This document shows, one piece after another, positions 1-10,520 of a stretch of DNA of 64,000 nt. The translations under genes were made by a program, and so were the position numbers. The notes beneath the pieces were generated by a model. The model saw nothing but the letters and a program-made list of their open reading frames with translations, had not been told where the DNA came from and did not search any database. Numbering within the stretch: position 1 is the stretch's first letter; each line of letters starts with the position of its first letter. Source of the DNA: Candidatus Wildermuthbacteria bacterium (lineage in GTDB: Bacteria; Patescibacteriota; Minisyncoccia; Minisyncoccales; PEYH01); assembly GCA_037445205.1 (NCBI GenBank), contig JBBIKX010000001.1, positions 8,767 to 72,766 on the forward strand. Reading direction: 5' to 3'.

Positions 1-1
1 G

Positions 2-121
2 GGCGGAAAGGTGAAGGATTTGCCGGGCATAAGATATAAAATAGTAAGGGGAAGGCTGGATACTGCGGGCGTTGAGGGGAGGAAACAATCGCGCAGCAGG
101 TACGGCGCAAAGAAAGGATAA
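2..121 (+). CDS. rpsL: 30S ribosomal protein S12, C-terminal fragment (5' end lies outside the window)
   Basis: Frame 2 reads [39 protein letters not shown]-stop, the conserved S12 C-terminus. It sits directly upstream of S7 and EF-G. Confidence 0.85.
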   Translation, partial: GGKVKDLPGIRYKIVRGRLDTAGVEGRKQSRSRYGAKKG

Positions 122-131
122 TTTTTAGAAA

Positions 132-590
132 ATGTCAAAAAGCAAAAAGAAAAGAGAAGTTGATCCGGATTATCTTTATGGAAGCTCTACAGTTGCCAAG
201 CTCATTAATTACATAATGAGAAAGGGCAAAAAAACCACAGCCCAGAAAATTGTTTATGGCGCTTTTGAGGTTTTAAAAGAAAAAACCAAGAAAGATCCGC
301 TTGAGGTTTTTGAAAGCGCTTTGCAAAATGCAGCGCCGATTTTGGAGGTAAGACCAAAAAGGATTGGGGGAGCGACATATCAGGTGCCAGTGGAAGTAAC
401 GCCCAAAAGAAGATTGATTCTGGCAACTCGCTGGATTATAGCGGCTGCGAAAACAAGGAAGGGGCCTATGAAAAATAATCTGGCGACAGAGATTCTTGAA
501 GCGGCCAACAATACAGGATCGGCAATCAGAAAGAAAGAAAACACTCATAAAATGGCCGAGGCAAACCGCGCTTTCGCTCATTTTGCCTAA
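132..590 (+). CDS. rpsG: 30S ribosomal protein S7
   Basis: The ORF-track protein has S7 motifs ([18 protein letters not shown]) and the str-operon position. Confidence 0.96.
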   Translation: MSKSKKKREVDPDYLYGSSTVAKLINYIMRKGKKTTAQKIVYGAFEVLKEKTKKDPLEVFESALQNAAPILEVRPKRIGGATYQVPVEVTPKRRLILATRWIIAAAKTRKGPMKNNLATEILEAANNTGSAIRKKENTHKMAEANRAFAHFA

Positions 591-610
591 TATGGTAAAT
601 ATTTGCATTT

Positions 611-630
611 AAGGCAGAACTGCCTTTTTT
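611..630 (+). terminator. Short hairpin plus T-run between rpsG and fusA (possible attenuator)
   Basis: AAGGCA(611-616) pairs with TGCCTT(621-626), followed by TTTTTT. Confidence 0.35.
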
Positions 631-651
631 AATTGTAAAATTATAAAACTT

Positions 652-2772
652 ATGCCAAGAACCCATTCCTTAGAAAGATATAGAAATATAGGCATTATTG
701 CCCACATTGACGCAGGAAAAACAACAGTTTCCGAACGCGTTTTATTTTACACGGGAATTTCTCACAAAATCGGAGAAGTTCATGAAGGAGCAACAATTAT
801 GGATTGGATGGAGCAGGAAAGGGAAAGGGGGATTACCATCACCGCGGCCGCCACCACTTGTTTTTGGGTTCCGGTTGAAAAAGAAACCGGACAGGATAAT
901 CAGGAAAGGCAAAAAAATCAGTATAGAATAAATATTATTGATACTCCCGGGCATATTGATTTTACAGCGGAGGTGCAGAGATCTTTGAGAGTGCTGGACG
1001 GGGCAGTGGTTGTGTTTGACGGAGTGGCGGGGGTTGAAGCGCAATCAGAAACCGTCTGGCGCCAAGCCGACAAGTTTAAAGTTCCAAGAGTCTGCTTCAT
1101 AAACAAATTAGACAGAATGGGCGCTTCGTTTGAAAACAGCCTGCAGTCAATTCGGGACAAGCTCACTCCCAATGCCGTGGCTATTCAAATTCCCATCGGC
1201 ATTGAATCCACTTTTAAAGGAGTGATAAATCTTATTACAATGAAGGCCTTAAGGTTTGAGGGAGAGCATGGAGAAAAAGTGATTATAGAAGAAATCCCTC
1301 AAGATTTGAAGGAAGAAGCGAATAAACGGAGAAAGCAAATGCTTGAAAAAATAGTTGCCGAAGATCATGATTTGCTTGAAAAATATCTGGCCAACCAAGA
1401 AATTTCTCCCTCAGAAATAAGAAACACCTTAAGAAAAAGCGTCATCAACTACAAATTAGTTCCCGTACTTTGTGGTTCCGCCCTGAAGAACAAAGGAGTG
1501 CAGGGATTGCTTGATGCCGTTATTTATTATCTTCCAAATCCTCTTGATTTGCCTCCGGTTCAGGGGACTGATCCAAAAACAGGAGAAATAGTTGAGAGAA
1601 AATCAGAAGACAATGAGCCATTTTCTGCTCTGGCTTTTAAAATTGCCACAGACCCATTCGTGGGAACATTAACTTATTTTAGAGTTTATTCAGGAACGCT
1701 TAAGGCGGGTTCCACTATTTTTAACACTACCACCCAAGAAAAAGTGCGACTTGGAAGAATTGTAAGAATGCATGCCAATCACAGAGAAGACATAACAGAG
1801 CTTTATGCGGGAGATCTGGCAGCGGCTGTCGGTTTAAAAAATGTAAGCACCGGTCATACTCTGTGCGATATGGATCGTTTGATCGTTCTTGAAAAAATAA
1901 CCTTTCCCGAGCCGGTTATTTCTATCAGAATTGAGCCCAAGACCAAGGCCGATCAGGAAAAAATGGATACTGCCCTTAGAAAATTGGCTGAAGAAGATCC
2001 GACTTTCAGAATTAAAGTTGATCCCGAAACTGAAGAGACCATTATTTCCGGCATGGGAGAACTTCATTTGGAAATTATCGTTGAAAGAATGAAAAGAGAA
2101 TTTCAGGTTGAAGCCAATGTTGGAAAACCCCAAGTTGCTTATAAAGAAACAATTACCATGCAGGCCGAAGCAGAAGGAAAATATATCAGGCAGAGTGGAG
2201 GCAGGGGGCAGTATGGTCATGTCTGGATTACTGTTGAGCCAAGAGAGAGGGGAGAAGGATATGAATTCGTTGATAAAATCAAGGGAGGCATTATTCCAAG
2301 AGAATTTATTCCCGCCGCAGAAAAAGGGATAAAAGAGGCGCTGGAGAAAGGAGTAGTCGCAGGGTACCCTTTGGTTGATATTTTGGTTACTCTTTTTGAT
2401 GGTTCTTTTCACGATGTCGATTCGTCGGAAGCTGCTTTTAAAATCGCAGGTTCCATTGCCCTGCAGGATGCGGTTAAAAAAGCAAAGCCGGTGCTTTTGG
2501 AGCCCGTTATGAAGCTTGAAGCGGCTTTTCCTTCGGAATATTTTGGAAGCGTAATCGGCGATTTAAATTCCCGGAGAGGAAAAGTCTTTGAGACGCTGGA
2601 CAGAATGAATTTAAAAATCGCCAGAGCATATCTGCCCTTGGCGGAAATGTTTGGCTATGCGACCACGATCAGATCATTGACTCAGGGGCGCGGATCATTT
2701 ACTATGGAATTTGACCATTATGCGCAGGTTCCATCAAACATCGCGCAAAATTTAATGGGAGTAAAAAAATAA
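652..2772 (+). CDS. fusA: Elongation factor G
   Basis: 706 aa with the GTPase motifs [14 protein letters not shown] and DTPGHIDF; follows rpsG. Confidence 0.97.
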   Translation: MPRTHSLERYRNIGIIAHIDAGKTTVSERVLFYTGISHKIGEVHEGATIMDWMEQERERGITITAAATTCFWVPVEKETGQDNQERQKNQYRINIIDTPGHIDFTAEVQRSLRVLDGAVVVFDGVAGVEAQSETVWRQADKFKVPRVCFINKLDRMGASFENSLQSIRDKLTPNAVAIQIPIGIESTFKGVINLITMKALRFEGEHGEKVIIEEIPQDLKEEANKRRKQMLEKIVAEDHDLLEKYLANQEISPSEIRNTLRKSVINYKLVPVLCGSALKNKGVQGLLDAVIYYLPNPLDLPPVQGTDPKTGEIVERKSEDNEPFSALAFKIATDPFVGTLTYFRVYSGTLKAGSTIFNTTTQEKVRLGRIVRMHANHREDITELYAGDLAAAVGLKNVSTGHTLCDMDRLIVLEKITFPEPVISIRIEPKTKADQEKMDTALRKLAEEDPTFRIKVDPETEETIISGMGELHLEIIVERMKREFQVEANVGKPQVAYKETITMQAEAEGKYIRQSGGRGQYGHVWITVEPRERGEGYEFVDKIKGGIIPREFIPAAEKGIKEALEKGVVAGYPLVDILVTLFDGSFHDVDSSEAAFKIAGSIALQDAVKKAKPVLLEPVMKLEAAFPSEYFGSVIGDLNSRRGKVFETLDRMNLKIARAYLPLAEMFGYATTIRSLTQGRGSFTMEFDHYAQVPSNIAQNLMGVKK

Positions 2773-2776
2773 ACAT

Positions 2777-3049
2777 ATGGATTTCAGCTTGATTAAAAGA
2801 ATACTGGCCAAAGAAAAAACAAAAATTGTCATCGTGGAAAACGGCGTACCCACAATGATTATTTCAAGCATTGAAGATTATCTTTCAGGAGAAGAGAAAA
2901 CCGCCAAAGAAAAAATCGGCATGGAAAAAATCGGCATGGAGGAAAAAAAAGAAAGCTTTTTATCCGCTCCCAAGAGAGAAGAAGATGTTTTTTTGCCCAA
3001 AAGCGGGGAATTTACCGAGGAGCTGACTATTGATGATTTGCCTCTTTAG
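2777..3049 (+). CDS. Small hypothetical protein whose N-terminus resembles Phd/YefM-type antitoxin folds
   Basis: 90-aa ORF lying tightly between fusA and tuf. The N-terminus KIVIVENGVPTMIISSIEDY resembles Phd/YefM by eye only. Contains a 15-nt tandem repeat. Confidence 0.5.
   Translation: MDFSLIKRILAKEKTKIVIVENGVPTMIISSIEDYLSGEEKTAKEKIGMEKIGMEEKKESFLSAPKREEDVFLPKSGEFTEELTIDDLPL
2909..2938 (+). repeat. Perfect 15-nt tandem duplication GAAAAAATCGGCATG x2 inside the small ORF
   Basis: Units at 2909-2923 and 2924-2938 are identical and encode (E)KIGM twice. Confidence 0.9.
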
Positions 3050-3094
3050 TGCTATATTCTGTATGAGCGTCACTTGATGATTGATTTCTGTTAT

Positions 3095-3130
3095 CAATCC
3101 TTGGGCGCAAAAAGGATTGACTTTTATTTT
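3095..3130 (+). terminator. Hairpin plus T-rich tract upstream of tuf
   Basis: CAATCCTT(3095-3102) pairs with AAGGATTG(3112-3119), followed by ACTTTTATTTT. Confidence 0.45.
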
Positions 3131-3144
3131 AAAAATAATATAAT
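3117..3144 (+). promoter_or_regulatory. Candidate sigma70 promoter for tuf
   Basis: TTGACT(3117-3122), 16-nt spacer, TATAAT(3139-3144), 28 nt upstream of the tuf ATG. Confidence 0.5.
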
Positions 3145-3172
3145 TAAAAAAAATTAAACAAAATTAATACAT

Positions 3173-4372
3173 ATGGCAGAAAAAGAAAAATTTGAGCGCA
3201 CAAAACCGCACCTTAATGTAGGAACCATTGGGCATGTTGATCATGGAAAAACTACACTAACGGCTGCAATTTTAAAAGTCCTGAAACTTAAGGGTCTTAG
3301 AGCGTCTGAAAAAGACGTTGATCAAATTGACTCGGCGCCGGAAGAAAAAGCGAGAGGACTTACAATCAACATCACTCACGTTGAATATGAAAGCGACAAA
3401 AGGCATTACGCCCACATTGACTGTCCGGGGCACGCCGATTACATCAAAAATATGATTACAGGCGCAGCCCAGATGGATGGGGCTGTTCTTGTTGTTTCAG
3501 CGGTGGATGGCCCGATGCCTCAAACTCGCGAACACATACTTTTAGCAAGACAGGTGGGCGTTCCCGCAATCGTTGTATTCTTAAACAAATGCGATTCGGT
3601 GGATGATCCAGAAATGATTAATCTTGTGGAATCTGAGATAAGAGAGCTTTTGAAGAAATATAATTTCCCCGGAGATCAGACTCCCATTATCAGGGGATCT
3701 GCGCTTAAAGCCCTTGAGGCAAAATCTGCTGATGATGAATCTGCAAAGCCCATTCTTGAATTGGCAAAAGCACTTGATGAACACGTGCCTGAGCCGGTCA
3801 GAGAAAAAGACAAGCCATTTTTAATGGCCGTTGAAGATGTTTTCTCAATTGCGGGCAGAGGCACTGTTGCTACAGGAAGAGTTGAAAGGGGAATGGTAAA
3901 ATCCGGCGAGGAAATAGAAATAGTCGGGATCAAGCCCACAAGCAAAACAACGGTTGTGAGCATTGAGATGTTTAATAAAATCCTTGACGAAGGATTTGCC
4001 GGAGACAATGTTGGAATTCTTTTAAGGGGTCTTAAAAAGGAGGACATCGAGAGAGGGCAGGTTTTGGCAAAAACCGGCTCAATCACCCCTCATGCCGAAG
4101 TTGATGCAGAGGTTTATATTTTGACAAAAGAAGAGGGCGGAAGACACACGCCGTTTTTTGCCGGCTACAAGCCCCAATTTTACGCCCGAACAGCGGATAT
4201 TACCGGAGAGGTGACTCTTCCTCAGGGAACAGAAATGGTTATGCCCGGTGATACCGTCAATTTGAAAATTAAATTGATTGTGCCGGTGGCCATTGAAGAA
4301 AAACAAAGATTTGCCATCAGAGAAGGAGGAAAAACAGTGGGCGCGGGAGTAGTCACAAAAATAATCAATTAG
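3173..4372 (+). CDS. tuf: Elongation factor Tu
   Basis: 399 aa with [18 protein letters not shown] and NKCD motifs. Confidence 0.98.
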   Translation: MAEKEKFERTKPHLNVGTIGHVDHGKTTLTAAILKVLKLKGLRASEKDVDQIDSAPEEKARGLTINITHVEYESDKRHYAHIDCPGHADYIKNMITGAAQMDGAVLVVSAVDGPMPQTREHILLARQVGVPAIVVFLNKCDSVDDPEMINLVESEIRELLKKYNFPGDQTPIIRGSALKALEAKSADDESAKPILELAKALDEHVPEPVREKDKPFLMAVEDVFSIAGRGTVATGRVERGMVKSGEEIEIVGIKPTSKTTVVSIEMFNKILDEGFAGDNVGILLRGLKKEDIERGQVLAKTGSITPHAEVDAEVYILTKEEGGRHTPFFAGYKPQFYARTADITGEVTLPQGTEMVMPGDTVNLKIKLIVPVAIEEKQRFAIREGGKTVGAGVVTKIIN

Positions 4373-4396
4373 TTCTGGATTTTAAAAAATAAATAA

Positions 4397-4732
4397 ATGA
4401 TAGCCAAGAAAAAGCAAGAAGAAACAGTCAAGCCGCGACTTAGGATTAAGCTTAGGGCTTACGATTATAAAGTTTTAGACAAGAGCAGTCATCAAATAGT
4501 GGAAACTGCCTTGCGTCACGGCATTGAATTTTGCGGGCCTATTCCTTTGCCCACGGAAATTCACAAATACACCGTTAATCGCTCAAGCTTTATTCATAAA
4601 GACGCGAGAGAGCAGTTTGAAATGAGAATTCACAAAAGATTGATAGATGTTTCAAGCCCCAGCCAGAAGTTTATTGAAGCGCTGACAAGTCTGACTTTGC
4701 CGAGCGGAGTGGATGTACAGATCAAGATGTAG
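4397..4732 (+). CDS. rpsJ: 30S ribosomal protein S10
   Basis: Contains RIKLRAYDYKVLD; first gene of the S10 operon. Confidence 0.96.
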   Translation: MIAKKKQEETVKPRLRIKLRAYDYKVLDKSSHQIVETALRHGIEFCGPIPLPTEIHKYTVNRSSFIHKDAREQFEMRIHKRLIDVSSPSQKFIEALTSLTLPSGVDVQIKM

Positions 4733-4803
4733 AAAAAAGAGAAAAAATTAATTATGAGCAAATCATCTTAGGTTAAAAGAGGATTTTGGCAGCCACAAAG
4801 GTA

Positions 4804-4830
4804 AAATACCGGGCGCAAAACCCGGTATTT
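4804..4830 (+). promoter_or_regulatory. Stem-loop between rpsJ and rplC (attenuator-like)
   Basis: AATACCGGG(4805-4813) pairs with CCCGGTATT(4821-4829) across the loop CGCAAAA, followed by TCGTT. Confidence 0.3.
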
Positions 4831-4855
4831 CGTTAAAAAGATATCAAAATAATTT

Positions 4856-5446
4856 ATGCCGTTTATCTTGGGAAAAAAAATTGGGATGGCGCAAGTGTGG
4901 CGGGACAAAAAGGTGGTGCCGGTTACAATTATCGGGGCCGGGCCTTGCGTTGTTACCCAATTAAAAAATCAGCGAAAAGACGGATATCAATCAATACAGA
5001 TCGGCTTTGAGAAAATCACCAAGGAAAAAAAGATTAAAAAAACGCAGAAAAACAAGCCATATAGATGGTTAAGGGAGTTCAAAAAAGATCCGGGCGAATA
5101 TAAGTTGGGCGATGTTCTGGACGTTTCAAGGTTTAAGATTGGAGAGAAAGTAAAGATTTCGGGCATTTCGAAAGGGAAAGGATTCCAGGGAGGAGTAAAA
5201 AGGTGGGGATTCGCGGGAAGGAATGCCACCCATGGAGTAAAGCATGAACATAGAACAATTGGTTCCACGGGGAGTTGTTTGCCCGAAAGAGTGAGAAAAG
5301 GAAAAAAAATGCCCGGCAGAATGGGACAGGACAGGATAACGGTAAAAAATCTGGAGATTATGGAAATTGATCAAGAGAAAAACTTGATTGCCGTCAAAGG
5401 AGCGGTTCCGGGCAGCAAAGATACATTATTAGAAATCAGGAATTAA
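4856..5446 (+). CDS. rplC: 50S ribosomal protein L3
   Basis: Contains the L3 motif FQGGVKRWGF; conserved gene order. Confidence 0.95.
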   Translation: MPFILGKKIGMAQVWRDKKVVPVTIIGAGPCVVTQLKNQRKDGYQSIQIGFEKITKEKKIKKTQKNKPYRWLREFKKDPGEYKLGDVLDVSRFKIGEKVKISGISKGKGFQGGVKRWGFAGRNATHGVKHEHRTIGSTGSCLPERVRKGKKMPGRMGQDRITVKNLEIMEIDQEKNLIAVKGAVPGSKDTLLEIRN

Positions 5447-5477
5447 ATAAAAACGGGGCAGTTTGTATTAAAATTTT

Positions 5478-6119
5478 ATGTTGACAGACGTTTACAATCA
5501 AAAAGGCGAAAAAACAGGGCAAGCGCAACTGCCCAAGGAGATTTTTGGAGTAAAATTCAGAGCTGATTTGGTGCATCAGGTGTTTTCTTCCATGGTTTCA
5601 AACAAAAGAAGGCCCATCGCTCACGCAAAAGACAGGGGAGAGGTGAGGGGCGGAGGGAAAAAGCCCTGGCGCCAGAAAGGAACGGGCAGGGCAAGACATG
5701 GTTCGATCAGGTCTCCTTTATGGAGAGGCGGCGGGGTTACTTTTGGTCCAAGAAACGAAAGAAATTTTAAAAAAAGCATACCTAAAAAAATGAAAAGGTC
5801 AGCGCTCTTTTCCGTTTTGTCAGCCAAATTAAAAGATAATGAAATTATTGTTTTAGATAATCTTTTCCTGAAAGAACCCAAAACAAAATTAATGGACGAA
5901 ATCCTTGATAATCTTAAAAAAGCCGGTTTAAAGCAAAAAAACTGCTTGATTATTCTTCCAAAAAAGGATAAAAATATAGGACTGGCAGCAAGGAATATCG
6001 CGAAAATAAAAACCGCCCAAATAAATAATTTTAACATTTTAGACATACTTTCGTTTAAATACCTGCTTTTTACAAAAGAAACCATCGGCGCGATGAAAGA
6101 AACATTGATAAAAGATTAA
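5478..6119 (+). CDS. rplD: 50S ribosomal protein L4
   Basis: Contains RGGGKKPWRQKGTGRARHGS; conserved gene order. Confidence 0.95.
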   Translation: MLTDVYNQKGEKTGQAQLPKEIFGVKFRADLVHQVFSSMVSNKRRPIAHAKDRGEVRGGGKKPWRQKGTGRARHGSIRSPLWRGGGVTFGPRNERNFKKSIPKKMKRSALFSVLSAKLKDNEIIVLDNLFLKEPKTKLMDEILDNLKKAGLKQKNCLIILPKKDKNIGLAARNIAKIKTAQINNFNILDILSFKYLLFTKETIGAMKETLIKD

Positions 6120-6120
6120 T

Positions 6121-6525
6121 ATGGCTCCATTGAGAATTTTTAAACAAAAAAAAGAAAGCCCCAAAGAAAAAAAGAAAGAAGAAAAGAAAGAAACCGCAGA
6201 GAAGGTTGTCAAACAGGAAATTTCCAAACCAAGCAAAGTAAGAATGATTGCGTGGAGGGTTGTAAAAGCGCCTCATATTACAGAAAAGGCGACCATCGGG
6301 GAAGAAAGCCGCAGGTATATCTTTAAAATTTTTGAAAGGGCTAATAAGACTGAAACCAAAAAAGCCATTGAAGAAATTTTTAATGTGAAGGTTGAGAAAG
6401 TGAGGATTATTAATGTCCCAAGAAAAAAAAGACAGCGGGGAAGAGTGCGCGGATGGAAGGGGGGATATAAAAAAGCGATAGTGACGTTAAAAGAAGGATA
6501 TAAAATTGAAATTTTATCACGATGA
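6121..6525 (+). CDS. rplW: 50S ribosomal protein L23 with a K/E-rich N-terminal extension
   Basis: The C-terminal half matches L23 (YIFKIFERANKTETKKAIEEIFNVKV); conserved gene order. Confidence 0.93.
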   Translation: MAPLRIFKQKKESPKEKKKEEKKETAEKVVKQEISKPSKVRMIAWRVVKAPHITEKATIGEESRRYIFKIFERANKTETKKAIEEIFNVKVEKVRIINVPRKKRQRGRVRGWKGGYKKAIVTLKEGYKIEILSR

Positions 6526-7352
6526 TAGGGTTTGGCAAAAAAAACATAAGCAGAGGGAAAAAGCTAAAAAGGATTGATCTTTCGGGATTATCTAAAAAGA
6601 AACCCCAAAAAAGCTTGATTTTTTCTTTGAAAAAAAAGTCGGGCAGAAATTTTCAGGGAAGGATTACAGTAAGGCATCGGGGCGGAGGATCAAAAAAATT
6701 TTATCGCATGATTGATTTTTCCCAGAAGAAAATGAACATTGCGGGAAAGGTAGCGGCCATTGAATATGATCCAAACAGGACGGCTTTTATTGCCTTGATA
6801 GAGTACCAAGACAAAACCAAGGGATATATTTTGGCTCCTCAAAAGCTGAAAGAGGGCGATGAGATAATAGTGTCTGAATCAGCGCCTATAAATCCCGCCA
6901 ACAGAATGAAGCTGAAAAATATACCCGTTGGAACAGAAGTCCATAACATTGAATTGCAGCCCTTTGGCGGGGGAAAAATTGTTCGCTCCGCGGGCAGCTC
7001 TGCAACTGTTTTGGCGCAGGAAGGAGGATATGCTCACCTTTTATTGCCCTCAAAAGAAATAAGGAAAATTCATAGCGAATGTTTTGCAAGCATCGGAGCG
7101 CTTTCTCATCAGGAGCATAGATTTATCCGCATTCCCAAAGCAGGCACGATGCGTCTTAAAGGCAGAAGGCCGCAGGTCAGGGGCACTGCGATGAATCCGG
7201 TTGATCATCCCCATGGCGGCGGAGAAGGAAGAACAGGAATTGGCATGCCCCATCCAAAAACTCCTTGGGGAAAGCCGGCCTTGGGAGTAAAAACAAGAAA
7301 GAGAAAACATACCAACCAGTTTATCCTTCAGAGAAGGTCAAAGAAAAAATAA
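6522..7352 (+). CDS. rplB: 50S ribosomal protein L2
   Basis: Contains GTAMNPVDHPHGGGEGR. Confidence 0.97.
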   Translation: MIGFGKKNISRGKKLKRIDLSGLSKKKPQKSLIFSLKKKSGRNFQGRITVRHRGGGSKKFYRMIDFSQKKMNIAGKVAAIEYDPNRTAFIALIEYQDKTKGYILAPQKLKEGDEIIVSESAPINPANRMKLKNIPVGTEVHNIELQPFGGGKIVRSAGSSATVLAQEGGYAHLLLPSKEIRKIHSECFASIGALSHQEHRFIRIPKAGTMRLKGRRPQVRGTAMNPVDHPHGGGEGRTGIGMPHPKTPWGKPALGVKTRKRKHTNQFILQRRSKKK

Positions 7353-7388
7353 CAAACAACCAACAATTAATAAATTATTTTAATTATT

Positions 7389-7730
7389 ATGGCGAGATCA
7401 TTAAAGAAAGGCCCATACATTGATAAAAAACTGATAGAAAAGATTAAAAAAACTGCGCCGGATTCGAAAACCATTATCAAAACATGGGCAAGGGATTGCA
7501 CCATTGTTCCGGAGATGATCGGGCGGTCCATTAATGTCCATAACGGGAAAGATTTTATAACCGTAAAGATAAGCGAAGAAATGGTTGGACATAGATTGGG
7601 AGAGTTTTCGCCGACTACGAAATTCGTAAGGCATGGAGGGAAAATGCAGAGAGATTTAGAGGCAAAAACCGAAGCAAGGGCGTTGCCTCAAAAAGAGACA
7701 GCAGGATTGCCCAAAGATAACAAAAAATAA
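7389..7730 (+). CDS. rpsS: 30S ribosomal protein S19
   Basis: Contains SLKKGPYID, VHNGK and GHRLGEF. Confidence 0.96.
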   Translation: MARSLKKGPYIDKKLIEKIKKTAPDSKTIIKTWARDCTIVPEMIGRSINVHNGKDFITVKISEEMVGHRLGEFSPTTKFVRHGGKMQRDLEAKTEARALPQKETAGLPKDNKK

Positions 7731-7738
7731 TCGCTTGT

Positions 7739-8161
7739 ATGGAAAAAAAAGATGTAGTGGCAAAATTAAATCATTTGAGGGTCGCGCCAAGAAAAGCAAT
7801 GCTTGTGGTTGATTTGATAAGGGGAAAGTCAATTAAAGAGGCGCTTGCTGTTTTGGATTTAGCCAATAAAAAATCAGCCCTGCCCGTTAAGAAATTATTG
7901 AACTCCGCCCTTGCCAACGCTAAAAATAATTTTCATTTAAGCGAAGAAAATTTATATATTTCAAAAATAGTCGTCAATCAGGGCCCAAAATTAAAAAGGT
8001 GGATTGCAAGGTCAAGAGGGCAGGCAAATGAAATCCAGAAGAAGACCAGCCATATTATTCTCGTGCTTTCAGAAAAAAAGAAACCAAAAAGCCCAAAAGA
8101 AAGGAAAATTGACAAAGGCGATAAAAAGCAAATTAAAAATAAAAAGAAGTGGAATAAGTAG
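7739..8161 (+). CDS. rplV: 50S ribosomal protein L22 with a K-rich C-terminal tail
   Basis: Contains LRVAPRKAMLVVDLIRGK; conserved gene order. Confidence 0.95.
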   Translation: MEKKDVVAKLNHLRVAPRKAMLVVDLIRGKSIKEALAVLDLANKKSALPVKKLLNSALANAKNNFHLSEENLYISKIVVNQGPKLKRWIARSRGQANEIQKKTSHIILVLSEKKKPKSPKERKIDKGDKKQIKNKKKWNK

Positions 8162-8175
8162 CATTTATTTATCTT

Positions 8176-8874
8176 ATGGCACACAAGGCTAATCAAAAAA
8201 GTTTAAGAATTGGATATATCGAGGGTTGGGATTCGCGCTGGATAAGCAATCAAAAGTTTCCCAAATATCTGGAGGAGGATTTTTTGATCCGCCGATTTCT
8301 TGAGAAAAAGCTGAGAGATGGAGCGGTGGAGAAGATAGAGATAGAGCGTTTCCCCGGGAAATTGAATATTGCCATTAATACTGCCAGACCGGGCTTGATA
8401 ATCGGGAGGGGAGGAAGGGGAGTTGAGGATCTGAAGGTTGCCATAGAAAAACTTTTGCTCAAAAAAAATGATTCAAAAAAAGAAGCAAGAGGAGTAAGAA
8501 TAGAGATAAAGGAAATAAAGAATCCCTGGATCAGCGCTCCTGTTGTCGCCCAGTGGGCGGCCCAGAGAATAGAAAAAAGATTACCTTATAGAAGAGTGTT
8601 GAAAGAGGCATTATCCAGAGTGATTAATTATAAAGAAGTTCAGGGAGTAAAAATTGAAGTATCAGGGAGACTAAACGGAGTTACCATTGCAAGAAGGGAA
8701 TGGATGCAGAAAGGCAAATTGCCAAGGCAAACTCTGAGGGCAGATATTGATTATGGCTTTGCGCAGGCATATTGCACTTACGGAGTAATAGGAGTAAAAG
8801 TATGGATATATAAAGGAGAGAAGTTTCAACCCCAAGGATTAAAAAACCACAATGCTTTATCCAAAAAAGGTTAA
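8176..8874 (+). CDS. rpsC: 30S ribosomal protein S3
   Basis: KH-domain motif [15 protein letters not shown]; conserved gene order. Confidence 0.96.
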   Translation: MAHKANQKSLRIGYIEGWDSRWISNQKFPKYLEEDFLIRRFLEKKLRDGAVEKIEIERFPGKLNIAINTARPGLIIGRGGRGVEDLKVAIEKLLLKKNDSKKEARGVRIEIKEIKNPWISAPVVAQWAAQRIEKRLPYRRVLKEALSRVINYKEVQGVKIEVSGRLNGVTIARREWMQKGKLPRQTLRADIDYGFAQAYCTYGVIGVKVWIYKGEKFQPQGLKNHNALSKKG

Positions 8875-9259
8875 ATATAGGAAAATGCAGAGAGGAAAAA
8901 GCAAAGGCATAGAGAGCCGGGGCGTAGATTTGTCCTTTGGTCAGTTTGGATTGAAAGCGCTTGAAGCCCAGTGGATAACGGCGCGCCAGCTTGAAGCGGC
9001 AAGAAGAACAATAGTTTACTATCTTAGAAAGGGCGGAAAGCTTTGGATAAGAATTTTTCCCGATAAACCTGTTACCAGCAAAGGCGTTGAAGTTCCCATG
9101 GGCGGAGGGAAGGGAGCGGTAAGTCATTATGTTTTTTCCGTGAGGCCGGGTAGAATTATTTTTGAGTTGGCAGGCGTTGATGAAAGTATTGCGCGGGAAG
9201 CTTTCACAAAAGCGGCGGCAAAATTCCCCATTAAAACAAAGTTTATAAAAAAGGATTAA
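8852..9259 (+). CDS. rplP: 50S ribosomal protein L16
   Basis: Starts [15 protein letters not shown]; overlaps the rpsC end. Confidence 0.96.
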   Translation: MLYPKKVKYRKMQRGKSKGIESRGVDLSFGQFGLKALEAQWITARQLEAARRTIVYYLRKGGKLWIRIFPDKPVTSKGVEVPMGGGKGAVSHYVFSVRPGRIIFELAGVDESIAREAFTKAAAKFPIKTKFIKKD

Positions 9260-9325
9260 TCCCCGCGTCCGGAGGAGCATTGACAGAAACGGTAAAAATC
9301 ATTATGAAAGAGTTTTAAAATATAA

Positions 9326-9532
9326 ATGATAAAAACAAAGATAAAAGAATTAAGAAGTAAAAATAAAGAAGATTTAGGTCGGCTGCTTTTAAACTTGCGA
9401 GAAAAGCTAAGGCAATTAAAATTTGATTTGGCTTCGGGGAAAATTAAGAATGTAAGCGAAATAAGAAAAATAAGAAAAGAAATAGCCCAGATTTTGACGG
9501 TTCTTGAAGAACATACGGATCAAAAAGTTTAA
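9326..9532 (+). CDS. rpmC: 50S ribosomal protein L29
   Basis: 68 aa, contains ELRSKNKEDL; conserved gene order. Confidence 0.92.
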   Translation: MIKTKIKELRSKNKEDLGRLLLNLREKLRQLKFDLASGKIKNVSEIRKIRKEIAQILTVLEEHTDQKV

Positions 9533-9553
9533 TAATTTTTACATACAGCCAAT

Positions 9554-9787
9554 ATGGCAAAAAAGAAATTAATCGGAAAAATCGTCTCTTCTAAAATGCA
9601 GAAAACAGTCGTTGTAGAGGTTGAAAGAATGAAATTTCATTCCAAGTTTAAAGTGCGCCATAAAATGCATAAGAGGTATAAAGTTCATAATGAGGATCCA
9701 GAATATAAGGTGGGGGATAGGGTGATTATTGAAGAATCTTTGCCAATCAGCAAAGAAAAGAGATGGAGGATTATAAATAAGGTTTAA
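9554..9787 (+). CDS. rpsQ: 30S ribosomal protein S17
   Basis: Contains GKIVSSKMQKTVVVEV; conserved gene order. Confidence 0.94.
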   Translation: MAKKKLIGKIVSSKMQKTVVVEVERMKFHSKFKVRHKMHKRYKVHNEDPEYKVGDRVIIEESLPISKEKRWRIINKV

Positions 9788-9815
9788 TTTTTAATTCAAG
9801 GCGATAATCAAAGCT

Positions 9816-10187
9816 ATGATTCAATTAAGAACAATGCTGACCGTTGCGGACAATACCGGAGCAAAAATAGTGCAGTGCATCCGTGTTTTGGGCGGGAGTA
9901 CGCGCCGATACGCTCGATTGGGTGATATCATAGTTGCGGCTGTCAAAAAAGCAGAACCAAGAAAAATTGTTAAAAACCACGAGGTAGTAAGGGCGGTAGT
10001 GGTCAGGCAAAGGAAAGCGTATAGAAGGGTTGATGGTTCTTACATAAAGTTTGATGAAAATGCGGTGGTGATTTTAGATGGCAAAACAAAAAATCCAAAA
10101 GGGGGGAGAATTTTCGGACCGATCCCCCGCGAGATAAAAGAAAAAGGTTTTGAAAAAATTATAACCCTTTCTCCGGAAGTTGTATAA
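9816..10187 (+). CDS. rplN: 50S ribosomal protein L14
   Basis: Starts [17 protein letters not shown]. Confidence 0.97.
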   Translation: MIQLRTMLTVADNTGAKIVQCIRVLGGSTRRYARLGDIIVAAVKKAEPRKIVKNHEVVRAVVVRQRKAYRRVDGSYIKFDENAVVILDGKTKNPKGGRIFGPIPREIKEKGFEKIITLSPEVV

Positions 10188-10211
10188 ATTTAAGACGATA
10201 AACTAATTTTT

Positions 10212-10520
10212 ATGAAGTTGAAAAAAAGCGATACAGTATTAATAATATCGGGAGATGACAGGGCAAAGAAGGGAAAGATCATAAAAGTTATACCATCAAA
10301 GCAAAAAATTGTGGTGGAGGGCGTGAGCATTCAGAGGAGACATCAGAGGCCGAAAAAAGAAGGAGAAAAAGGGCAAATTGTAGAAAAGCCGGCGCCTATT
10401 TCTGCCTCTAATGCAAAATTGATTTGCCCGCGATGTCAAAAACCAACCATGATATCGCGAAAAATAATGCAGAATAAAAAAAGAAGAGTGTGTAAAAAGT
10501 GCAATCAAATGATTGACTAA
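10212..10520 (+). CDS. rplX: 50S ribosomal protein L24 (KOW domain plus a CxxC...CxxC C-terminus)
   Basis: Contains KKSDTVLIISGDDRAKKGKI; conserved gene order. Confidence 0.94.
   Translation: MKLKKSDTVLIISGDDRAKKGKIIKVIPSKQKIVVEGVSIQRRHQRPKKEGEKGQIVEKPAPISASNAKLICPRCQKPTMISRKIMQNKKRRVCKKCNQMID

Noticed and set aside
9280-9308. A possible internal promoter TTGACA-17-TATGAA between rplP and rpmC
   Set aside because: The hexamers are plausible, but the site lies inside a tightly co-transcribed ribosomal operon and the DNA is AT-rich enough for chance matches, so the support is too weak to list as a feature.
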